Shown one piece after another: positions 1 through 11,900 of a stretch of DNA of 64,000 nt. The first letter of the stretch is position 1, and the number at the start of each line of letters is the position of its first letter. This DNA comes from Ophelia neglecta (lineage: Eukaryota), in assembly GCA_965285935.1 (NCBI GenBank), contig OZ260666.1, positions 34,410,001-34,474,000 of the forward strand. The letters run 5' to 3'. The notes under the pieces are model-generated. The model was not told where the DNA came from, searched no databases, and was given only the letters and a program-made list of their open reading frames with translations. The translations under genes were made by a program, and so were the position numbers.

Positions 1-1364
1 TTGCCCTCTTAAACTGGTGTAATGCAGCAGTGGTCATAAGCGTCTGTTCTCAGTTTGCTTGACCATAATCATATCTTTACCTGTGGGCAGGTTATAGATA
101 TTTTATATTGCAACCCATTACACAGCCAATAATTGAAATTATTCAATGTTTTTTGGCATGTAAAGATCCATATAGCCATGTTATTTGGTCTGTCCCTTAT
201 GCTGCTGATGTAGTAGGCCCCCCATTTTGATTTTTTCCTTCCTACGCCTCTGCCTAGGGTGTTGAAAATTGTTCTGTGGTCGGAGGGAGTCCCTTCATTG
301 GAGGGTCCCACATGCAGTGACTGCTATATCATCATCCAAGACCTCACACCTCAGTTTACCTGCAAATGGATTGCTCACACAGGATAGATAAGTGGCTGTT
401 TACACTTATAGGTTATGGTCAGAATAAAAAAATACAGAGCTGGCCTTTAAACAGAGGTACAATATTTATCTAAACTCATAAATGGCAGCTTTGTGAAACA
501 ATCTTGGAGTTATCAAGACTCAAATATTGACAACATGACCATACTAAGTTGACTTTTATCATTGGTTTCAACCAAAAGTAAGTTTATGTGTCCCCTTAGG
601 AAATGTATACAGTAGTACTGGTACTACTAGTTAGTAGTTACTTCAAGCAAACAACCATTAAGAGGGTTCTCTGGAACTTTTAGTACTACTTTCAGAAACA
701 ACAGTTGTATACTTGAATCCAATCAGCCGGATTATGTTGCTCTGATGGCCTAATTGTGCTCCTGTTTTCTTATTATTAGTAAAAGTTTGGTTATGTTCTT
801 ACTTAAAAACTTAAAATGTACACCTTTCCCTAGCCTCCCCCACCCCCTTCCTCCCCCCCCCCCGCCTTCTCACCACACCCCTAGAATAAATGTTTCCAAG
901 ATCACCCTTTGGGGCCTAAGTTCTGAATGAATGTTTATAATGCTGGTATCATTTGTGACAGAACAACTGTCATTGTTGGTAATCAAGAGGATTTAAATAT
1001 ACACTTATTATTTTAAGTTTTTTACTTGAAATGGTTTAAAGACTCCATATTTTATCAAAAGAAAAATATTTTCAAGTTTGCTTGATGGTGGATTTATAAA
1101 TTGTATAGGCCTACCACACACACATATTTTATTGTCACTAAATTGATTGTATAGAAAATACTTTTAAAGATTATTGACCTGCAAGTGAACGCCCCCCTCC
1201 CCCCCCCCCCCCCCTTACAGTGAATTGTAAAACTCTTCTGCAGAACTATCAATACTGTGTGTTGAGTAATAACAAGTAAGCTAGTAGTATAAAGTAATAA
1301 CCCATAAATAAGTAGAATAAAGATGTGATACTCAACACAATACAGTTTTAAAGAAGACAAGGAT

Positions 1365-4300
1365 TGTGTAATAAAAAGGTATGTTTTTATTATTTTCATT
1401 CATGTACACAAAATTTCATCTAAACTCCTTAAAAATTCTAGAGTTGCTAATTTTCAGAACATACAAGCACATTCCCAAAAAGTCAAAGTAAACAAGATGG
1501 CCGACCACTCTAAGAGGGCGGTTATCTCACTGATACCTGTTAAACTAGAGCGTTTTAGGGCCCAGCATATACAATATTTATACTGTGCTTGTTCTCCTCA
1601 CAAGAACGATTAAACAAATTCAAAGAACGTAACACAACTCAACCACTACATGCACACTATATTTTCTAAGTGAAGACAGGAGGAGGCAATAGATTTGGCA
1701 AGAACAACCGACAAACTAGGTTTGTGTGGGAACATCAGAAGTCAACATTAGTTGCCACTCAAGTCCACCCATCATCCAGATATTTGTTAGATCTTTATCC
1801 AATATGGCTGATTTCATACCATCCTCTGTTTCTCCAATACAACTAGATAAGCACCATTTCAACAAGACCAATAGACCAATGTGCAAATTTAGAATCAAGA
1901 AAAACAGCTACTGTTATCAACTTTACAATATGACCTCATTTACTGAATAGCCAATAAGAGGAAATACGAAGATCTGCTTTCAGAACTTTGGCGATCTTGG
2001 CAAATTTGGGCAGAAAAGATAACAAATTGACATTCTTATAAATCTTGGTGACTAAGCTTAAGTCAGTGCAGTGATAGAACATAAAGACTTGTGATCACTT
2101 TCTACCCGTTGAACATGATCTAACTATATTTGACAAAAGAATCTATGATTTAAATATATGCATGGTCAGTAATGTCAATAATGAATAATCCTACCAAAAT
2201 TTGGTTTTGATAATCTGTCAAAAATAAAATTTTGAATGGTCCAAGAGATATTTCTTGTGCTGATTTCTACTTTTTAGTCATCTTTTGGCACAATTCCTCT
2301 TTCTTCAACAAACAAAACTACTGTTTCCATGACAATGGAGCACAGATAATTATCTTGTTAAAACAAGTGGCCCTGGCCAATGATAACAATAATGCTGTTT
2401 TTTCCATTATGACCTATACATTTAAGTTTCCGTACATGGACTCTACATTACATGTGGTAATACCAATGAATGGTCTAAACAAACAAACAGGAATAAACTA
2501 TTTGGTGAATTGATGTCTCTGACTGCCTCCTTAAGATATAAATAACAACCTGGATGCTATTGCAGAATACAAAGTAGTATTACCAACATTATAAATGTCC
2601 AGAATGTGTTTGGTGCATAAGCAAATAAAAGTTATCTGTACAAAAATAAAGAATAAAATATATTTTATGAAATTTTCTACAGCAATGAATGTTTGTCATT
2701 GGCTGGTGTCTTTGCTAAGAAGCCCTGTGTTTAGTACAACTGCTCAGGAAACTGGTCTGACGCCGCTGGCGACTGCACAGCCAAAGTCTGAGATATCAGT
2801 GGCGACACCTGGTGAGGTATTGTGGGATTCTGTCAAGTCCTAAGCAGGTGTTTGTGGTACCTTTCACATGGCAGTGACAGTCTCCCGACCACAGACTTAT
2901 GACTTTCAGGCTATGCTGGTCACCGAGCAGCATCCAACGGCTTGGGCAGCGTGAGTATGCGTAGCAAAGTGTGAGCTTTTAAATACTGACGGAAAAAACA
3001 GGCCTCCCGTCACTCCTGTCCAGATATATAGTGGTGTTAAAATCAGTTTTGGCAAGTCTCAGTCCTATACAAGTCTACATTTTACATTATATAACAGAAC
3101 TCAAATTTCTCAGGGGTATTTTACAGTGTACAAGCATTATATCAATCTTATATAACAACAATCATACAGTGCAATCATATGAATTAAATTACCAATTACA
3201 TACATTATATAATAAAATTATTTGAGCAATGGAGTATTTAAAATCTTCAATGTACAGTGCAGTGGGCTGAATACATATTTTGCTCAGGTCATGGCAGGAT
3301 AAAGAACAAAATGAGGACAATAACAGGTCGACTATAGAAAAAACAACTACCAAACACGACATATCATAATTTCCTCTAGTGTGGCAAACTTCAACAAAGA
3401 CTATGATAACATATACAACATGGGAGGTCCATTACATCACAAACAAGTTAGACAGAGTCAGCCTTTAGACCAGCAACAGGGGAAGACACTGACTCGTACG
3501 CCCCTAGTCAGTTACCCTCACAACACTAGCTCAACACTAGCGTCCTAGACAACTACCACCATAGCTTTTCAAACTTTGTCGTCTTGTTAAGGCTATGACT
3601 GAGATTTACAGTTATGTACTCTGCAGACCAGTGCAGACAATAGAGAGATAACTTGTATTATAACCTTATCAACTAGGTTTTGGAATAAGTGTGTTCAAAT
3701 CTATCCTTCCCAACTGTTGCCATGCCATGTTTGCCTACGTTTTGTAATAAGCTTCTATGATACAACTTTAAATTCACTGTAACATCTTACAAAATGTAAT
3801 GAATAACGAGGCACAGTGAGTCACTGTACACAAGTAACTTAGTAACACACAACTGGGTGCACTTCTCGGGATATATAGAATAACATAGAAAACACACCAG
3901 ATTATAACTACAAGCTGATATAATGCTGCACTATTGGCCTACCATGGAAGCGGGTGGCCGTTGCTAAGTTACACCCAGACAGATCGCTTCCCAACGAGCC
4001 ATCCGATTAAATATATTAACACCCTGAATGTGTTGCATCTCGTTACGAGTTGCATTCACTGTCGCTAGTCCACATGTGTTACTGAACACTGAAGCCTACC
4101 ATTATACTGCTTACATCGCAGCACAATGTTGCACAATGCGAAAATTGTAAGTAGGGTATGTCTGCTTGTTATCTTATTATTAAATATTCACAAAGGATTA
4201 TTACACAAAATTGTTATCAAGATGGTAAGATCTCTCTCTCAATTCTTTCTCTCTCCCCCTTTTTCTCTCTTAAAACCAGGCATACATTATGGAGATTTTG

Positions 4301-5701
4301 AATAAACATAACACAGAAGTGGTTCAAATCGATATGTGTGCGTCTGCTCCAAGTCAGGAGCATGAGTTCAGATGTAAACTTTGTACAATGTTAAAAACCA
4401 ACTCAGTACTCATGAAATTAATATAACTCAAACACCATGAAAGCACTGAATTCTTTTTTGTTTAAGAAAGTTCCACATTCACCCAATTTTGAATATTTAT
4501 CAAAGCAAATAAATAAATTTTGATTTTAAATTCACTGCTGGATCCATCATGTCAGCCTGACAGAGCAGTTAGTTATTAAGTGTTACTGAACACTTTTTTC
4601 TACACTGAGAACATTCTGATAAAAAAATTCTCACAACAGAAAGTTAAATTAAATATCAGAACCAATTAACTTGATTGTGTCAAAGGTACAAGTTTTAGTA
4701 TAGCTGTGATCGACTTAAACTTTCAAATGTAAAAGTCAGAAGGGATGGCAACAAACAAATTAATCATTTCCTGACAAATATGTCTGCTGTGTCAATTGGT
4801 CGGTGATAGCACAATGAAAATTGCCATAACTCTAGTTATGTGTAGTAATTTAGATGATCACAACGGGAACATTTTAACATAATTGTGCCGATGATTCACT
4901 GTGGAGTATGGAGGCTAATGAATATTACAAAAATCTGCTGAAGTTAGCCCTGTCAAACTAAAAGCTGCAACAATACACACAAGTAAATAGCACCTACTTG
5001 GCAACAAGAATATCTACCTCTAACCTACCAACTGTACACTCTCCATTGACGGAGGCTGGTTTTTAGGTTAGTTCAAAATGGCACATTCAACCATGGCTAT
5101 ACATAATCAAATTTATCAGAAATATCTTCACAAAGTCTACCCTGCAGTGTGTGTAAGTTTTGGAGGGCATGACATCACTCTAGCTGACTGCCCACCCCTG
5201 AGGAACATTTCTTGGACAGTTCAGAATTCCCAAAGCTCCACTGGACAATTCTGGACAGTAGCAGCAAAGACGGCAACACTGTACACATCAGACGGCCAGT
5301 AAATGTTAGTCGAGGGGAAATCCTAGGGATAGAATGCACAACTGACGGTATACAGTTTGATGAGGCATCCTATGGTTCACATGCAGCTCGCTTCTCATTT
5401 CTTTGTCATGATTCACATATCACCACATGATCGCTCAGTACAATGTCAGAAGGGTGATATAGTGTAAGATCAAGATATTGCTGCCAGTGAACAAAACTGC
5501 TGCTGATTTGTCTCTTAACATGGCACTAAACATATTGCAACCAAACTAGATTCATAAAACTAGTCACAATCAAGGTTTTAAGAGTTTGTAAGCATCAGCG
5601 TAACTAACACAAGGAGTCTGAAGTTCCGCGGCTGGGCTGGAGATTATACATATAGTCCTACGCCAACAAGTGTGCGATCCTCAGTTCGTCCACGTACCAA
5701 T
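1365..5701 (-). other. Probable long (~4.3 kb) 3'UTR of SoxD
   Basis: AT-rich with no credible ORF. By eye there is no minus-strand AATAAA between the stop and 1391, although the plus strand carries many. The endpoint is inferred from the poly(A) signal. Confidence 0.5.
1386..1391 (-). terminator. Candidate polyadenylation signal AATAAA
   Basis: Minus strand reads tgtgtacatgaatgaaaatAATAAAaacatacctttttattacacaatccttgtcttctttt: upstream UGUA and downstream U/GU-rich element. A second AATAAA lies at 1128-1133. Confidence 0.5.
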
Positions 5702-5985
5702 CTATGACGCCTCCACCTCGCCGATGTCCATCCTCTCCTCCCCCTTACGAGACGAGTGGAGCCTGGCCAGGCTCCCACTGTCCAGGCTATCGGATGAGGT
5801 ATCATGGCTTGAGACGGGCACGTGCTCCCCGGTGCCAACTGGGTTCCGCTGGATCTTGGCAGCGGCCATGATGGCTTCCATGTTGGGCATGAGGCTGGCC
5901 GGGCTAGTTGAGGTGTGGCCGCTGAGACGGGAGGTTGGATCGGAGCTGGCAGTGGTGGTTCCTGTGGAGCCCATCAGAGACGGAC
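5702..5985 (-). CDS. SoxD: SoxD last coding exon (PSLMGSTG...DIGEVEAS*)
   Basis: Acceptor tgtgtgtttcag|GTCCG (phase 1, matches the previous donor); GC-rich; TAG at 5704-5702. Confidence 0.9.
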
Positions 5986-8900
5986 CTGAAACACACAACA
6001 AATAATGTTATTGGTTAGAAGGATTTACTATTGGAATCATTCCATGGAAGATATTAAACGTTTCTTAAAAGATATTCTTATAAGAATGAATATTCATTGT
6101 TCCTGGCTGAATTTAAAAAAAAAATTGATACAGAAACAAATTCCAATGAAAATATCTTTTAGTCAAACAATTTCACTAGGTTACACTATGTGAAAAGTTC
6201 CAGAACATATTTGAATCAGTGTGTATTTGATTGGTGATAAAAAGTAGTGTATTCATACTTAGAAGTCCTTCTACGTAGGTTGTTCCTGATTCGCCATACC
6301 AGATCCGTCCAACTTCCTGCCTCCGAGATTTCATCAGTGACTTGTATTCGGAGATGCGTAGTTTTTTCCCATCCACAATGCAAGTCCTTTTTGGCCTAGG
6401 TCTGAAAGAAAGCTCTACCTTTAGCATTAAATGCCATTTGTGCAACACTTAATCTGAATAACTAAAGAAGGTAAATCCCCTTAAAATAAACTTTGTTCTC
6501 ATTTCTATCTTCGATGATTTGCTACATTCATAGTATGATTACGATTAAATTATACTCACTAGGGAAAGAAAAGAAGTTTCAGAGTCTATCTCGAAATTCA
6601 GCAATGCCCAGCAAAAGGACTCATGACCCAGAAAGACAAAAACAGTTAATTTAAGGATTAAGCCTAGGTCACACAGAATTGTTAACTACTCGCATGTACA
6701 CCAATACTACTGACAATTGGTATAGGAAAGTTCAACAGACTGTCAACCAAAACTATTATTTTGCTACGGTTATTTGCTATTATAAAATTAATTATGTTAA
6801 AAGTCAAATCAAAGCATAGTCGTCTAAATTTATATGTTGACTTTACTAAAACCAATTGCCTATATCTGAAGAAATTATCAGCAGCCATTATCAGAAATTA
6901 GCAAGACTTTAATATCAAAACTTTGAACCACCACAAGATCACAAGCAGAGGTCACAAGGTCAAAACTCAATCAAATGATTGCCTTCTATGTTTTCTTAGC
7001 TCAAAAGTTACCTATAACATTGTGGTAGCCCAAAGTGGCATAAGCTATTCACATAAAAACATTATGAACATAGGTTAAGTGTGTATAAAACAAAAATAGC
7101 AAAGCAAAAAACCATACAAAACTTGTACACAGAAATTAAATGAGAAATGTGAAATGAAGATGTGGAAAGTTGTTAAATGGAAGGACCTTGAGACAAAGGA
7201 GAGAACTACAGTGCTAACTTGGTGAAATCAGAATTCATTACTTAAAATATACCGCCTGTGTCGACTACTTAAATTAAAGCTTTGCCACACAAACCACCCA
7301 TCTACACAAGAAAGTAGTCCGGTGTTATTCATTATTTTTGGTTTGTTAGCCAGAACCACCCATCCTGTAATTTGCAAGAGAGAAATTTATAAAGCAGATT
7401 TACAGTGTTGTTTTTTGCTTGTATTAATTTGTTGCGTTTCCGTCACCATATTTGTAAAGAGAAAAAGCCTTAAATATTATGCCCTACTTTTAGTGGCCAA
7501 TAAGCACCTAAACAGAGACTGAAGACACCACTAACACGCAGTGTTCAAGAATGAGCCGCCTAACCGCCTTTCCAATTTTGACAGACAATGATGGATTTAT
7601 GGTTTAAATTATAATGGTAATCTATATTTAAATTTTAGAAAAATAGGCATAGAAATAAACATTAACTATTAAAAAGGGCTCATTCTTGCACACAATCCTA
7701 GACATGTATATGTTAACTAAAGATAAACAAACAAACCAACCAACCAAGAAAATTAGGATGGGTCGTCCTTTTGAAGAGAAGCCCCCTCCCCTCCTCCCAC
7801 CCCTCCCTGGTCCTGTTACCCCTATCTGACTTGCTATTGGTCAAAGAATCACCGAGTTAGGAAAGAGTTCGCCTCCCTCACCACCCTCCCCTAGACAATA
7901 GTGACCTGTAGGTATACCTATATCTGTAATCGGGATGTTTTTCCATGTGTTGTTTGCTAAGTCGAGATTGTTCCTCATAAAATGGCTGTTTCTCTTCATT
8001 CGACATTGCCTTCCACTTGGCACCTGAAAAATGCAAATCATGGTCAAATTCTGCATGCCAGCTACTGCAATAATCTCTTTTTAGGGTTTTGTAAAGTTCT
8101 ATAGCACTGGGCAAATATGACATAACTAACATTACAATCAGTATCTATCTGTTCATAGAAATAAATAATGAAATGAAGAACATCCCAAATGGATCCGCAA
8201 AAGTTTGAGCACTAATTGATACCCACCGAGAATTTTACTGATATTAGAGTTGTGCATATCTGGGCATGCTTTGAGGATCTTTCTCCTCTCCTCTCTTGCC
8301 CAGACCATGAAGGCGTTCATTGGTCGCTTCACATGGGGCTTTTGGGAGTCCTCGCTAGGACGATTTTTACTAGAGCGTATGATCTTTGCTCCAAACATTT
8401 TACCTGGAAACAAGGCAAATAAGACATTAATGGAGATTTAGGAACTTAAGGGAACAAACTATTTACAATGCTTCATTCAAAATTGTCCCAGATTGTGAAA
8501 GTTTGGACATAGGCTTTTAAAAGGTGGATGTTATTTTCTGTGTCATCTTAATTTGGTTTTATTAGCCTTGGTGCTTATGACTGAGTTCATAATTATGCTT
8601 TTAGTTAAGTCACACAGACTGTCACCATTCAATTAAAATGGCTCTTACTTTGAAGCTGTTGTGAAAGGTTTTCCTGGGACTCCTGACTTGGCTGGGGAGA
8701 GTGCTTGTTGGGCTCTGGTAAATGAGTCATATGTGGCCCCACATGCATGATGGGAGCCATAGCGGCGGCCATGGGGTGTGTGTAGATGGGCAGGTGGAGT
8801 CCTGGGTAGAGGGCGCTGGCCAGCGTGGAGGTGCTGAGCACCGGCTGCTGGTGTAGGGTGCGCGCCATGGCTTCCTGGACCATCTTCTCCTGTTGGGAGA

Positions 8901-11900
8901 CATGTTTTGAGTACCACTCCTAAATGGAGAAAGGTTAGTCACAGAGTCAGAATATAGTTAGATATTAAAGAACATGAAAACTAGTTAAGACATTAATTAG
9001 GGTACAAAGAAGGTTAAATTAACAGAAACCATTAGGACCAGAAAACCCCAGGAACATTACAAGTTAGAAAAACCTCATTTCAAGCTATTAGTCATCCAAT
9101 GCATTTCATTCAACTACATAGCCTTAATTATTTACTTTCAAAGGTTGAGGTTTTAATACAAATTTGGATAGTCATATGAGATAGTAAGTAGTAGGCTTGC
9201 TATTGTAACAGAATTTTTGTAGCATGTAGCCAATATGAAGTAGTACATTATAATCTTTTAGTGAAAACCAAAGTAGTTGTAATGATTGGGATGCCATATT
9301 TATTACCAAGTATTCACCAGATGGTAGCATCACTTTGTCAAAGGTATGACAGTCAGCCCCTGCCATACAACTACTTGATACATCCTGGCTAGATATCCAA
9401 TTGTTCTACCAAGCAATGACCTGGGTAACAGTGACTTAGGGGTTTTTCAGTGGATTTCAAAATATATCTGTGTCATCTTAAATGCTTGGCACAGAACAAA
9501 TAAATAACTACATGTACATGTACCTGTACATGCACAAAGATGGCTGTACACCGGATCACTGCCTGATGGATCAAATGTATCAAAACACGTATTGAGTACA
9601 TACGTACTGAGAGCATACATACCCGGTCCGCTAGGGGGCTGCTCGGGGCAGGATTACTGCTGCTGCCAGCTGGTGGTGACTGTGGTGGTTTTGTGGCGTG
9701 AAGGGCGGCCTGAGCATGGCTCATCCCTAGGTAAGGGTTGCCTACAAAGCCCGCTGGGAAGGGGGACTTGATGACGCCCATCTCGGGGGGTGGCAGGCTG
9801 TTCATGTGGCTGCGGGCATGGTTGGTGTGAGCTGGGGGGGGCTGTACAGCCGGGGAGGGGGACCCTGCGGCTGAGTTTGACCCTCGGGCGCCCTCTGCAT
9901 CCTTGTAGCCGTGAGACTTGAAGGAGCGTGGCTTGCTGAGGTTAAGAGGTCCGTCTCCTGCCTCCGAACCCGAGTTGTAGCTGTCGTGTGGGGACGGTGG
10001 CGCCCCGTAGTGTGCTGGGGAGGGCAGTGGTGACACCTGGCGATGGGGTGAGGTGGCCACTTTGGGTGATGTGTGGCTGGCCTGAGCATACTGCTGCTGG
10101 TACACTGCATTCATATGGTGGATCACTGAAAAATACAAAACACACTTACACTTAATAACATGAACTATCACCAACAGAAATTTATTCAACAAAAATTATT
10201 ACCAGTTGAAATATTCTACAGTACTGACTTTACATGTACATCTGTTATATCATATAAACAACATAAAATCTATTATTTTAGTTTCAAATTTATCTAAAAC
10301 AGATTACCTTTTACATGTTCAATCTTTCAGTTAAAAGCTTAAAAAGTTAAAAGAGTGCTAATCATTGGCATTTTGACAGTAGATATTAACAGTGGAGGGA
10401 AGCCCTGAGATTTTTGGAAGTTAAATACAGAACGTCATGTATTTGCATGGGAATACATTGGATTGATCATACAAGTGATTCATTGGGTTTGTGTGAGACA
10501 AAACCAATTTGTACTGGGTATTCTTCTGGGGAGTTTTCCATTTATATTGGTATGATTTGCTGATTCCGGTGGCATTTTTGTTTCCATGAATACAACATGA
10601 TCATATAATGTAAATGTATCGGATTGCCGTGATGGCTGCATGACAAATAACTATAGGATCACGGCCTCTTGTATTAGGCTGTAAGAGGATTTGGAAACAC
10701 AAAAACATCACAGCAATGGAAATATGGCAGCTCCAAATAGGATTAATACATCTAGGATGACAACTACGTGATCTTGAATCATTCCAAACTATTGCGGCTT
10801 CTATTATAGGAGGCTGATATCTGATTGGGTCTTGGCGGGAGAAAAGGGAGAGTGATGGAGTGGGGTCAGAAACCAAGTCCTGTTGCCACCGTCAGAATTG
10901 AGATACAATATAGGCACAATGGTCTATTGATTATAGCTATTGGGAGCAGACGTCACTGAGAACTGACCTCCCCAGCCTCGATGGCTGAACCCGATTTCAG
11001 AGAATGCATGGTAACAGACAAATTATACCCAAGCCCTGACCCCCAATAGGCTTATTTGGCCAGAACAATCAGAGAATTGATCCCCCCTCCGACAGATCTT
11101 TCAAACTATGAAATTACATGTCACTGGCATCCAACAAAAGTTCCCTCATTCGAGCTCGATTTGATATTCATAGACATTTGCCAAGTAGCTTCACGACAAA
11201 ACAAAATAGTCATGATCGGAGGGGAATGATTTCGGTCCGATCATGCCCGAATACTTCAAAGCCCTGGCACACACAATGGCCCTATCTGTAATTTGGAGGA
11301 AACATCACACGTCGATTTGTTCATGCCCACTGCACTCATCTCAGAGGAGGGAGAGAGCGGATTGGAGAGATCTTGGAAATCTTCGACTACAAAGAACAGG
11401 CGACGCACAATGACAGGGAAAGCCGATTATTAACCGACAAATCTCCGCTCCTTCTACTTCTGGTGCCAGACTTAATGTCCTATATTATAAAATTTCTATT
11501 TGTTGAGGATGCAGTTATCAATTGATCGTGTTCGGCTCTTTGACTGTACCTTTTGTCCTCGTTTGACACGGAGGCACAATTTCTTATCACCCGGAATAGG
11601 TTGTTAATAGAAGGTGAGAATCATGGCACCTTCTCCGCCAAAGTCCTGACAGCCGACGGCCGTATGGCTTAGCTTGCCACAGATAAATGGCTACGTAATG
11701 AGACGTGTGGAAATTTGAAATCCCTCCATCATCTTGCCAAAGCCACCCTGCCAACTAAAGGAAAAATGACCCCCCCATCCTTCTCTGTTCTCTGTCAATT
11801 GGAGGGAAAGCCGCGGGGATGGCATCCACCTTCTGTCCTTCTGACATCTCCCAGAAACACCCCTAATAAGATACGACAAAAAGCCATCAAACTTCCCTTG

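Noticed and set aside
838-1215. Poly-C/G tracts as G-quadruplex elements (also 17593-17606 and 57747-57757)
   Set aside because: Simple homopolymers, common and error-prone in assemblies; no further support.
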